64,000 bases of DNA. It comes from the human T2T-CHM13v2.0 reference genome, Homo sapiens. Where the stretch lies: the NCBI RefSeq assembly GCF_009914755.1, contig NC_060934.1; one strand, 5' to 3'. The notes beneath the pieces are model-generated. The model saw only the letters and a list, made by a program, of their open reading frames with translations, had not been told where the DNA came from and ran no database searches. Made by a program: the position numbers and the translations under genes. The first letter of the stretch is position 1, and every line of letters begins with the position of its first letter. Positions 24,621 through 35,880 of the stretch are shown here, in pieces.

Positions 24621-25399
24621 TGCTTACCATATTAATAGGCTGGGATTAACGAAAAAAGCAAACCCAATTAGTTTCTGTTGCAGCTCTTTTACAATCCTGT
24701 CTTGTTTCCCTGTGTGTTTATATGTATGTTTTAATAGCATTCCCTGCCTTTTATGCTGAGGTTGCTCGAGGTATGTTTATAATGGTGGCGTAATTATAAT
24801 AATAAAATACAAATCCATCCACGGAGTGCGCTCATTACTGGCTGGCCAGGTAAAACAAACAGGCCTGGCATTGATGCCGAAACAAGGCAGTTTATTTCTA
24901 ATGTGGTGCCTCTTTGAAACACAAGATGCTTTACTTCTCTAGCAAAGGAGGCCCTGTCCTCTGAACATAAGTGGACTTGGGGGTGCAAGGTTGAACAGGT
25001 AATTGAGACACCGGGGCTAGGTTGCTTTAACATGGTCTGGCCTTTTCAATCTCTCTTTTTCCAGGGGAGAGTTGAAAACCAAGAGGGGAAATTGTTCCCT
25101 CTGATTCTCTGTAGCTGTAAGATCTTTCCTGGAATATACAAGTAGGCCCTTTGGCATTCAAACTCTTGGACGTAGGAGTTTCTAATGTATACGAAAGGGA
25201 AAATTATTGTTGTGAAAAGAGTCATAGGAGAGAGAGAATGTGTGTGTTTTTTTAAATGCCTGTCTGTCCTTGTTAATTAGAAGTGCACATATTGGGAAAT
25301 TAACTATGAAATACTAAAAATGATAAATTATTCCTTATTTGAAAGTATAAATTAAAGGTTTAGTGTATATAAAATTTGTCATGTTTAATTGCAAGTTCA

Positions 25400-25800
25400 A
25401 TTAAAATTCAGGGTAATGATGATTTATACAGGTTTCTGTGTAATTTGATATTCATTAGCTTAGCCAGACACATGCTGATATTAGCTCGTTAATTATGTTT
25501 CCTTTTGTTGAAGGCAGCCTTGTGAAAGCAATCTGCTCAAAGTTTTCTAAACTCATTCTGCTAAATGAATATTTGGCAGCTGTTCATGTTATTGAGATGG
25601 TCACTGTGGCTTCATTTCACTCATTGGCCGCATCAATCATACCTTCTCTGTGACAAACAAGGGTTTCTCATTACAAACCCATTTATGAAGGTTATGGCTG
25701 ACATTAAAGAGTGATGGCATGGTACGCTGCTGTTACTTTACAGTAGCGTTAGAGTGGAGCTGTCGTTAATATCCACACCTCCCATGTGGTCAACCTGTTT
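25400..25800. promoter_or_regulatory. Candidate enhancer block with PBX-HOX sites
   Basis: TGATTTAT 25420-25427; ATCAATCA (TGATTGAT on minus) 25632-25639; several TAAT/TTAT cores; no repeats recognised. Confidence 0.4.
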
Positions 25801-26731
25801 AAAATACGTAGGAAGGGAGGGCGAAATCATCACAGTGGCCCTGGTGCCATTTCCAACACCATCGGCTCAAACTTGGGAATCAAAACTTGCGTCTCAGAAG
25901 GAGGACTATTAAGGGAGCAGTGTCTCAGCTCCCCACTGTAGGCTTCCCAGGGCTTGCCATACCCAGTTCATAGGAGTAGATGTTGAGGTCCAGAAAAGTT
26001 AAGGGATTCACTCACGGTGGCATGGTGGCTCTGAGCATGACTCTTGGGCAGGTGAAGGGGAAAGCCCAGGTTGCCTGATGAAGACGCTCCCTGAAGCCTG
26101 TCATCCATGGTGGTGATGAGTTGGAGGAATCACCATCTGCCTGGGGAAACAGCTGTGTAACAGTCCTGTGCCCTGCATTTTTGGAGGATTATAAATATTT
26201 TTACAGATTTTCCATAGCCTTTATTGTAGGGTCCTCATACTTTACTTGGGATATTGTGGAAAGGAAGGTGCTGTCTTTCCAAAAGGAAAGCTTTGACAAG
26301 TAGGAAAGCTGAGGCGCAGAGAAGTTTTTTGATTTGTCCAAAGTCACTGATGCAGATACTGACTGGCCAGAGCCAGGGCCCTGGGCTTCTCTGCACATCA
26401 TGTGCTACAGTTGTCTTCCCTCCACCAGCACCTTCTTGCAGGATGGAACTAGACACTTGGTAAATGGTAAAAATGTCTCTAGGCTGACCCATATATTAGC
26501 TTCTACTCATTTGTATAGTAATAAATTGGCAGTCTGGTTTGTGATGGCAAAATGCAATGGAAATTTCTTACAAGAAGTTATCATGTAGTATGTCTATAGT
26601 TAAATTTACATACTTGTGCATTTTTTGGGAGGAAGGGTTTAGGGACTCATATACACATTTCTTTTTTTCTTTGAGAGCTGAGTCTTATGCATTGGGTCTC
26701 CTTTGTAGGCTGATGTTTCTTTTGAGGTCGT

Positions 26732-27120
26732 TGTGAAAGAGATGGCTGGCTAGCTCTCCATCGATGTCATCCTCTTCTTCCACAGTGGAGCGTTGTTGCT
26801 GGGACTACATCTTCCACCTCCTATCCCCATCTTGCTCCACGTGGGATCATGCGATTTTTGTACCCACAGGCTCTACACGCGCTCTTTCCCCATCTGCCAG
26901 TTAGAGGTGAAGGACTCAGAGGCATAGGCAATGGCAGAGTCAAACAAAATAGAAGGAGCCTGGGCCCCTGAATCACTGTGTGGAAAGCCATGTACTGAAC
27001 ATCAAGTACTGAATATCTGATTGGACTTCTTATGAGCATGACATAAACATCTATTATGTTTAAAGTCCCTAAAATTTCAGGATTTATCTATCACAGCATC
27101 TAGTATTACCTTAACTAGTA
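26732..27120 (+). mobile_element. MLT1 (MLT1J-like) MaLR solo LTR
   Basis: atggcagagtcaaacaaaatagaaggagcctgggcccctgaatcactgtgtgga...ataaacatctattatgtttaa. Confidence 0.8.
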
Positions 27121-27127
27121 ACTAACT

Positions 27128-27340
27128 CCTTCATTCATTCTACAAATATTTGTTAAATATTTTGCTCTGGGCCAAATCTTGGGCTAAGGGTTGAGGACAT
27201 AAGGATAAAAAAGATAAAAAGATGCTATTTCTGACCTTGGGGAATGCAATCACATAGTAAGGGAGCTATACAAGTGAAAATATTTTACCCTAGTATAGTA
27301 AGTGCTGTAAAATGTGTTTAAGGGAGGAGAACCCAAAGAA
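27128..27340 (-). mobile_element. L2 3' end
   Basis: tcattcattctacaaatatttgttaaata. Confidence 0.7.
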
Positions 27341-27749
27341 GTAATTTTTTTGAAATATCTAGTGAAATAGCAGATTTAAACTTTTATATTTCAGTAGGAC
27401 CTTTTATTTGGAATGAAATCATATGTGGGATCCTTCAGTTCATACAACAGAAAAAATCTGAAGGGCCTTTAGTAGAAACAGGAGCCTCTAGGCTCATGGA
27501 ACCTCTCTCTGCATCCTCTTGGCCTGCTCTGATGTCCCTGCAGCCCTGGATGCTGTGGCGTATCCTCTGAAAACCCACAGAGACAGATTCAAGCCCAAAG
27601 ATAGACTGTTCTTGCACTGATGTATTTTTTTTTTTATTCTGTAAGTTGTGGTACATGGTAGCTCTGTTTTATAGAATGCTTATCTCTAATAGGTGGAAGT
27701 TGAGCTGGTGGTAGGTGAATAGTTTATTCCAGAACTTTTATTTGGACAC

Positions 27750-27920
27750 ATTATCTATTTGACCTCGGGTAGGCTTTTAAACTTTTTGCCTCAATTTCTT
27801 CATATGTAAAACAGCGATAATAATAGTGCCTATATCCTAGAATGATTATGAGAATTAAACAAGTTAATATACATAAAGGACTGTCATAAGCATGTCATTT
27901 AGTGAATGGTCAACAGTGTT
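27750..27920 (+). mobile_element. MIR
   Basis: gcctcaatttcttcatatgtaaaacagcgataataatagtgcctat...gagaattaaacaagttaatatacataaag. Confidence 0.85.
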
Positions 27921-28332
27921 GGGTCTCTGAAACCCATGTGTTACAAACATATCACATCATATTTGTGAGTACTTCTAAATTTTGATGGAGTAAGCAAAAG
28001 AATGCTGGAAACGACTTCAATGTGTAGGGAATGATATCTTAGTAACAAGATTCTGAAACCTCCGGTAGCTAATCTGTGATTTCCTTTTGCTTCTATGCAC
28101 CACTCAAGTTCTTCTTATGGTTTTCTGAAACTTAGGAGGGACTGGAATTTTTCTTCATCGTGTTTATAGAGAAATGTATCATAGGAGAAACTTGAGTTGG
28201 GTTTTATTTCTTTGACATTGATGTTTTTCATTTCACCTCCACTCCTTTGGAGACCTAGACAATGTAACTTAGAACTTTTTATTTTCTAATTTCGCCACTT
28301 TATGTCTTATTAATGCATTTTGTCAGTGTGGA

Positions 28333-28349
28333 AAGCCCTCTGGTGGTCA
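28333..28349 (-). promoter_or_regulatory. Candidate CTCF site
   Basis: The minus strand reads tgaCCACCAGAGGGCtt, a good match to the CCASYAGRKGGC core; motif only. Confidence 0.4.
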
Positions 28350-28689
28350 AAGTAATTCCTATGTGGCTCTTTTAGATGAGTTGGAATAACATCAAGTTGA
28401 TGTTCAAGAGCTGGGTTCAAATTCTATTTTTCTCCTTTGCTCATTTCTTTTTCTAGTTAAACTATAAAGTAAATTTTCTATTAAACAGGTCTTCTGCAGC
28501 ATTTTAGTTCTAAAAATGTCTAGGGAAAAATAGTGGTAGGACAGTTAGCTTTACTCAGGTTAAAATTTATTAGTGATAGTATTAACATTTTGGAGGGTTT
28601 AAATGCTGTGCCGTCCAGTATTTTGCTGTCACTCTAGGAATGAAATGTAACATACACTCTGGGTTGAAGATCCTTAGGACTCTATGTAA

Positions 28690-28830
28690 TGTAAAGGCTG
28701 GAAGTGGGGGACTTAGAATTTATCGTCTCATCTTCTAGAAAGAGAAATTGGAGCAAGTGATTTGCTCAAGATGTCAGCTGGGAGCAAAGCCATGCATAGA
28801 AGGCAGGTCTTCTGTGTGTGATTCCTGTGC
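28690..28830 (-). mobile_element. MIR
   Basis: aagtgatttgctcaagatgtcagctgggagcaaagcc. Confidence 0.6.
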
Positions 28831-29984
28831 TCTTTTAGCCATGTTGCTTGAGGAATATCATAGCCAGGCCAAGTTCATCAATCCCTGGTCTCTCTACCAG
28901 ATACCGAGGTGGCCAGGTCTCATCAAACTCAGCCATAGGATACTTCTGTCCAGGCAAAATTCAACTCATATGCTTTCCATGGGTTCTCTGTCTCTTGTTT
29001 GGTGCGAGACAGGGTGCAGGATTTTCTTTTTGTGGTTTAGTGTTGGGAGTTGATTGGTTGCGTCAATGGAGTAATCTGGCATGAACAATCACCCTCAGCA
29101 TATCCTCACTATTAAACAGCATTTTTTTTTTGGAGAGGATGTGCATTATTCTTTACTGTGTGCTGGCCACTGCAACTCATCATAAAGATGAATGACTGAC
29201 AGGTGACCTATGTCTGGTGTCCTAGGAGAGTAGATACCTTGGAGATGAAGAAACATCTGTTCCACTCTGACATTGGCAAGAAAAGCTGGCTTGTCCCTCC
29301 CTTTCCTGGTGCTATTGCATGGGCTTATATTATTATTATTATTATTTGAGTCTTTGGCTATGTCTAATGTAGGCTGGGCCCCGAGGCTATTTCTTGGTGC
29401 ACCCTGTGTGACATGGTACAATCACAAGAAAGCTGGGAGGTGGCATGGGGGGAGCACAGAAGATCCCCTAATGTATTCTCAATCCCAGTTCCTGGGCACA
29501 GACAGTGCTACCTGAGAGACTGAGGAGCTAGGGGCTCCAGAAAGGTAGAAATTCAGGTTAATTACCCAGAATCTTGTAGTGTTCCTGGGTCGTTCTCTGG
29601 ATGTAGGTACATTTTCTCAAGAGACTGTTTAACTCTTTACATCTTTGTTACTGTCCTCATTGCTAAACTTCACAAGAGCAGGTAATGCTGGCGTTTATGA
29701 AAGAGTGAACAGCTAATAAGATAGGAATTCAATTCACATGGCTTGGTCTGATTCAGGAGTTGGGGTAGTAAGTTAAATCACTCACTGTTCTTCAGTGAGC
29801 ATGTATGATTTGAGTCCTTATGCTGTGGCTATCTACTGTGTCAGATAGAAAATAAAATGTAGCCCCTGCCTTCAAAGAGCTTAAAAGTGATTTCATTTTG
29901 TGAGCACTTCCTGAGTGCCTGCCACATGCCCAGGATCCTGCTGGGTGCTTGAGGCTGAATAAGTCCATGCTGTCTTCAGCAGAA

Positions 29985-30398
29985 GTTGTCGGTGACCACC
30001 TATGCCCTGTCAGTATTACCCTTTCTGTGTACATTGCCCAGCCAGCAGCACCTGCAGCTTTGCCTTAGAGTTTTCTCTGGTGACTGAACCACTTTTGCTT
30101 GGGACAGGGAAGGTGATAAGGCCAGAGAAGCAGGAGTTGGTGGATTAAAAACTCTGTTATTTTTCATGGGGGTGACTTTGAGGCACAGTCTTTTCTGTCT
30201 CCCAGAGCTCCCCAGCTGCATGAACTCCAGCTGGACACAGTGGGAACTTGCTCAACAATACACCATGCACCATTACTCATTTCCCCCCCTTCCCTTTCTC
30301 ATGTCCCCACTCTCCCACTCCTAGGGTCACCTCCCCAAAAATGCTTTCACCTAAATCCTTCTTCCATCATCTGTTTCTGAAGAAACCAGACTATAATA
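29985..30398 (+). mobile_element. LTR16-like ERVL solo LTR
   Basis: 3' end cctagggtcacctccccaaaaatgctttcacctaaatcctt...tgtttctgaagaaaccagactataata resembles the LTR16 terminus. Confidence 0.7.
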
Positions 30399-30449
30399 TC
30401 TTCCATGCTCTTCACATGCCTTTGATTGAAGTAAATTTCTGATGAATGT

Positions 30450-31130
30450 TGCAGAGGACATGCAAAGTGCTGAGGTAAAGAAGAGAATGGGTGACAGAAT
30501 CCAAATAGAAGGATCTTGGAAGCCCTCTTGGAAGAGGTTGCATCTGAATTAGAATTGTAGGGGTTGGGTTGGGCTTTGTTAGGAAGTTATGGAAAGGAAG
30601 GGCATTCCAGGCTGAGAGAACAGCTTCTGCAAAGACCTGGAGGTGGGAGGAATATGAGGCATATTTGCAAAATGGTAAATGTCTGATATGTCTGTAGTTC
30701 AGGGTACATTAGGGTGGGATAGGGGAGGTGAGGATGAGGGAATGTAGGAAGAAGAATGTAAGGACTGTAGGTAGAGTTCTACTTATTGATGGTTTGAATG
30801 TGAGGCTGAGACATGTAGCCTTGCCTTTGTGGGCAGTGGTGGGCTCTCAAGGTATCTTAGCAATGGGGTAGTATGTGTCTTTTAGGATGAAGAAGCAGGA
30901 ATAATATATACACAAAATAGAAACATGTCAAGTGTGAGGCTATTGCTTATCCTCTAATTGCTGGGGAATTTCAAACTGAGGAGAGACAAGTGTGAGTATT
31001 CAGAGCAGCCAGGGAGGGATCAAGTGAGAGGTAGAAGTTGAGTCTAGTGAATGAATAGACGGTAGTTAAGAGAAGGTTGAAGCCAGGCATCCAGGACAGA
31101 ATGTGCAAAGGCTCAGGGACAGGAATAATC
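30450..31130 (-). mobile_element. L2 fragments
   Basis: ggaagggcattccaggctgagagaacagcttctgcaaagacctggaggtggga; aatgtgcaaaggctcagggacagga. Confidence 0.75.
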
Positions 31131-31144
31131 TAGCTTTAGAGATG

Positions 31145-31696
31145 CATCATGACTTTCATAGACGCTAGGTACATGGGCCTTTCTGGGTCCCTTCCCACCT
31201 AAAAAACTGCTAGTAGTTTTTTTTCTTAATGATTAGATTGATAAAGACAAACATGTATAATAATATTATATATTAAAACATTTTCTGGCTGGGTACAGTG
31301 GCTCAGGCCTGTAATCCCAGCACTTTGGGAGGCCAAGGCTGGTGGATCATGAGGTCAGGAGTTGGAGACTAGCCTGGCCAATATGGTGAAACCCCGTCTC
31401 TACTAAAAAGACAAAAATTAGTCATGCATGGTGGCGCGAGCCTGTAGTCCCAGCTACCCGGGGGGCTGAGGCAGGAGAATCGCTTGAACCAAGAGGCAGA
31501 GGTTGCAGTGAGCCAAGATCGCGCCACTGCACTCCAGCCTGGACGACACAGCGAGACTCCGTCTTGGGGGGAAAAAAAATTCTTCTGCCTGAAGTTAATT
31601 TTTCTTTTGACTTTAAACGAAATGAAAACATTTTTGTAGTCTCTAAAGTCTCATAGGTCATGCGCCCCGTGTGCCTGATAGAGAAGTGAGCCCTGC
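31145..31696. mobile_element. hAT-Tip100-like MITE (ORSL-like) interrupted by an Alu
   Basis: catgactttcatagacgctaggtac... and the terminus gtgtgcctgatagagaagtgagccctg. Confidence 0.45.
31287..31579 (+). mobile_element. AluS (Sg-like) with a short tail
   Basis: Dimeric Alu; ggatcatgaggtcagg variant. Confidence 0.97.
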
Positions 31697-33228
31697 CTTT
31701 TGGGAGCCGGATGAATCTTCATACCTCCTTGAGGCTAGGCTGAGGTTTCCCTCACCTCTTTTCGTAGAGCTGCAGCTTTGGCATTAGGAGGGAGCCTTGG
31801 GCTCACCTGCCAGGCCCTGAGTGAGAAGCTCGAGGGCACAATGTGGGGTGGCCTTTTAGGTATACCTGGTGGCCGGCATCAGGGTGCCCCTGGAGAGGAG
31901 CAAGGGGACAGGAGAACGTCCTGGAGCCCCTGAAATTGGGTCCGGCTTTCTATCTGTCTAGGCCACCTGAGCAGGCTCCCATTTGCTTATTTTCCCGTAT
32001 GAATCCCTTGTGAGCTTATCCTCCAAAAGGCTTGCCCCGCCGTGGGGGTAAGTGAAAGCTTCTCTGCCTGCTGCAGCATCACCCTCCTTGAGCGTTTCCA
32101 CTGTCAGTGTTGCTAGAGAAGCACCCTCCTGTCCTTCTGTGTTTCCTCGGAAATGCTTACAAAGAAGCAGAGGTTTACGAAATGAAGTGATATCATCCGA
32201 AAAAAGCCTGCGAAAAGCAACCATGGTGAGAAGACTGCGCAAGGATTTTTTTTTCCTCCTTCTTCTCAAAAATAGTCAAAACACATGCAACGCATACTTG
32301 TAAAAGGATCAAAAAAGGAGAGAAAATTGTAGCTGGCAGTTGTTTTCCCCACTGTTATTTGGTTGCTCCTTAGCTTCCAGCTGTTGAAATGGCTAGTTTA
32401 TGTTAATGGGTATTTTGCCTCTCCTATTCGTGTTACTTTACTCCAAATTTAAAAATGAACCTGTGACTTTATTTATCCCATGTGCTGGGAAAACAGAGAT
32501 GCAGCCTTTTCTGTCTATATGATTTGCATTGTAAGGATGCACTTACACTGCCATATAAGTACATAAAATTTTCATTTTTGTGAGCAGGGACATATTTTGA
32601 GCCTCTTTTTTTCCAGTTCTTTCTCCAAAGTTAAGAAGCATAATTCAATAAGTGAATGCTGTCTCCCAATATCAGAGACCCATTTTCTGCTGTGATAGAA
32701 GATCTATTGGTTCCCTTTTATGGATCTGAAATTGTGATTGGCATGTCATGGTCAAGATATCACCTAGAGTACACATCCCTCAGTTAACTAACCTCTCTCT
32801 TATCCTTCTTCTCAAATGATCTTTCTTGTAAACTGGGTTGAATCATGTGTATTTGGTTTCTTAATTATAGACAAATTTCTCACTGGATGAAAAGTCTGCT
32901 AATTAGTGATTTTAAATGTCATCCAGATATATTAGTAGACAGGTGTTATTTTAGAAATACAGGGCAACATGACCTCTTGTGTTGTAACCTATACAAAGGT
33001 AAAAGTCTATATGGTGTTATTTAATGACAAAAGAAAAATAAAATCCTCAAAATACACCTCCTTCCCCTCATATGCACTCACTGGCCCATTGAAGAACCAG
33101 GTTGTTATCTTGTTATCTGACTGGATTAAGTTACTATGTCATGACTGACTACAAATACTATAGCTTTATATTATAATGTCAGAGAAGTTTAAAGCTGAAG
33201 AGGCCTTAGAAATTCTCATGTCTAACCT

Positions 33229-33230
<2 letters not shown>

Positions 33231-33259
<29 letters not shown>

Positions 33260-33545
33260 GAGACAGAGTATTGCCCTGTCACCCAGGCTGAAGTGCAGTG
33301 GCATGATCGTGATCTCAGCACTGCAACCTCTGTCTCCCAGGTTCAAGCAATTCTCCTGCCTCAGCCTCCTGAGTAGCTGGGATTATAGGCACCTGCCATC
33401 ATGCCCAGCTAATTTTTGTATTTTTAGTAGACATGAGGTTTCACCATGTTGGCCAGGCTTGTCTTGAACTGCTGACCTCAGGTGATCTGCCTGTCTCGGC
33501 CTCCCAAAGTGCTAGGATTATAGGCGTGAGCCACTGTACCTGGCC
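33231..33545 (-). mobile_element. AluS inserted at the tail of a FLAM-like monomer
   Basis: T-run followed by full antisense Alu; ctaac(c/t)tt flanks. Confidence 0.97.
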
Positions 33546-33550
33546 CTAAC

Positions 33551-33648
33551 TTTTATTTATTTATTAATTAAATTATTTATAGAGACAAGGCCTCCTGCCT
33601 CAGCCTCCTAGAGTGCTGGGATGATAGGTATGAGCCAGCAAGTCTGGC
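33551..33648 (-). mobile_element. FLAM/Alu monomer with an internal deletion, inserted in a MIR (MIR pieces about 33175-33230 and 33650-33795)
   Basis: cctcctgcctcagcctcctagagtgctgggat...; TSD ctcatgtctaacctt / ctcgtgtctaacctt. Confidence 0.8.
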
Positions 33649-33809
33649 CTCGTGTCTAACCTTTTTAATTTAACAGTTGAGAGAACTGAGGTTCAGAGAG
33701 GTTAAGTGACTTATCCAGATCACAGTTTGTAGGACGACCTAGGCTTGACTCCATGTCTTCATTTCCCAAGTTTTGGGCCCTTTCTAAGCTCTGAACTAGG
33801 CTACTTTAT

Positions 33810-34130
33810 TTAGATTCAGGGGGCAGTTACCAGGTGACTGGGCTAGGCAGTGTGGGTATTCTGGAGTTGAGTGAGACATGGTCCACCTAAGAGGCTGTCT
33901 ATTCAGCTAGCTCTGCAGGGGGATAGGGTCAGAATATAAGTAGCTAGAATACCAGGCCAGTGAGTTGGTGTCATAAAATTGGCCACCGTTCCTGTGGACT
34001 GAATACTTAATGAGGGAGTGGTCCTACCTCATGGTATCAGGGAAGGCACCTTAGAAGAGACAATGACATCTGAAGTGGGTTTGGATGTACAGATTGGGCT
34101 TTTATAGGTGCTAGAGTAGGTCTTATTGGG
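33810..34130 (-). mobile_element. L2 fragment
   Basis: atcagggaaggcaccttagaagagacaatgacatctgaagtgggttttggatg. Confidence 0.65.
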
Positions 34131-34166
34131 CCCATTGGTATTAATTGTGTCCAGGAAGACAGAGAC

Positions 34167-34271
34167 TTGTCTAGAGGTTGGAAGTACCTGATGATTCTCA
34201 TAGTCCTGCTTTGTCACCATCTTGGCTTTCAGCTCTGGGGCTGTCAGGAATGGGCATGGCCATTGCCAGGC

Positions 34272-34314
<43 letters not shown>

Positions 34315-34397
34315 GGTGTGCATGTGTGTATACCGACCACCATAGCCCGTGAGCCTTCCCTGAAGGATGCTGCTCCTGCAAGCACCAAGTACCAAGG
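34167..34397 (+). repeat. IR2 left arm (231 bp, non-TE sequence with an internal (TG)n)
   Basis: Reverse complement of 35975-36205; mirrored peptides in the ORF track (MVTKQDYENHQVLP..); 63-bp perfect stretch 34178-34240. Confidence 0.97.
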
Positions 34398-35880
34398 AGG
34401 CTAAGCAGTGGGTGCAGGCAGGACATGCAGTGCCTGGCAGCAGAGACTGCCAGGCACACATGGCTATTGCTGGCTGGGCTCCTCAGAGCTCTGGGCCTGG
34501 CAAGAGAGAGGCAGCAGGGGTGAGGCAGCCCCTACCTGGATGGGATGGCTATTTCCCAGCGCCTCATTCCCCAGGAGGTCACCTCGTTTCTAGAGGTGCT
34601 GCCTCTTGCCTTGCAAACAGAGTCAGACCTGCCATAAGGCCACAGGGGACTTAGAAAAACCGTCCCCACCCCACCAGGGCTGCCTGGCACATACCCTCTG
34701 CTCTGCCATGCTTTTCTGAATCTTTAAAATAAGTTTTTCATTAATTTTAGCATACAGTGAAGGGAAGTAACCTGTGGCTTATAAATAATGGCAACAGCTT
34801 TATGGAAACACCTAAAAATCACCAGGGGCACATAACAAGAAAGTTCTCCATCTCCAGGTGCGAAAACACGCTGGTGATTACTTGTTGAGCAAGACCCTGT
34901 CAGCTTTTTTATTACAATACATTATTGGGTAATAGTTTTAAAATTATTTATAGAAAGAAATCGAGCTGTGCCGAGAATTCCATCATTTAATATGTTGTCT
35001 GTGAATCTCATTAGCCTTTTTAGCCTAGGGGTTAGGAAGGAAAACAGAGCGTTGGCTGTATTTTGAAGATTGAGCACTATATACACTTTTTGTCGGGGGC
35101 TTGTTGACCTTATGTTAAGTTGCTTCTTTGCGAGTCTTTCTGTGTTACAGCTCTGGTTTCCATGGTATTTACATAAACCTAGCAACAGTTTGCTGTGTAG
35201 AGGCAGTGGCAGGGCCCACCATCTCCTCTGCCAAGAAGGAGGAGCAGCTTAGGATGCCTGCTGTGCAGGCCATCAATGGGCAAGTCTCTTTCAGGTAAGT
35301 TACAGAATAGGTAAGAATTGGGGTGAGATGGGATGTCAGCTGCTCCCCAGTGTATGTGTGGCCTCTCCTCTGTCTCCAGGTGACAGAGGCAGCTCCAGTA
35401 TTCTGTTTTTGAAACCCATCCGGTGAGTTCTCCCATCTAGCCCCAGGCCAAGCAGCATGGGTCTCGGCAGAAGCTCATCCTGGGAGTGGGCTGCTCTAGA
35501 GAACACGACTCCATGCTGTCCCCAGGCCTGTGTTCTCCACTGACCCCACAGCTGCATGGCCAGTAGGCCTTAGGCTAAGTTCAGGAAGGACCCATCTGAA
35601 ATACTCCTCCTAAATGAAGAGCCGTTCTCTGGTATAAGAGGGATGTTAGTGTGGTCAGAACAAGGCTAAATCCGGAATCGGGAGAGTGTGACAAATATCA
35701 ACGAATGGATTATTTTCAAATGTGATCTCTCTAATCAGCTGTGCAGGGTGATAAGAAAGAGCAAGGGGCTTGGACACTGGCCCCAGAATGGTGCAATGAG
35801 TTCTTTATACCTCACAACATGGCAGGAACATTTAAAAAACAAGGTAAAAGGAAGTCACTGGGAGCAAACAGAAGAAGTGA

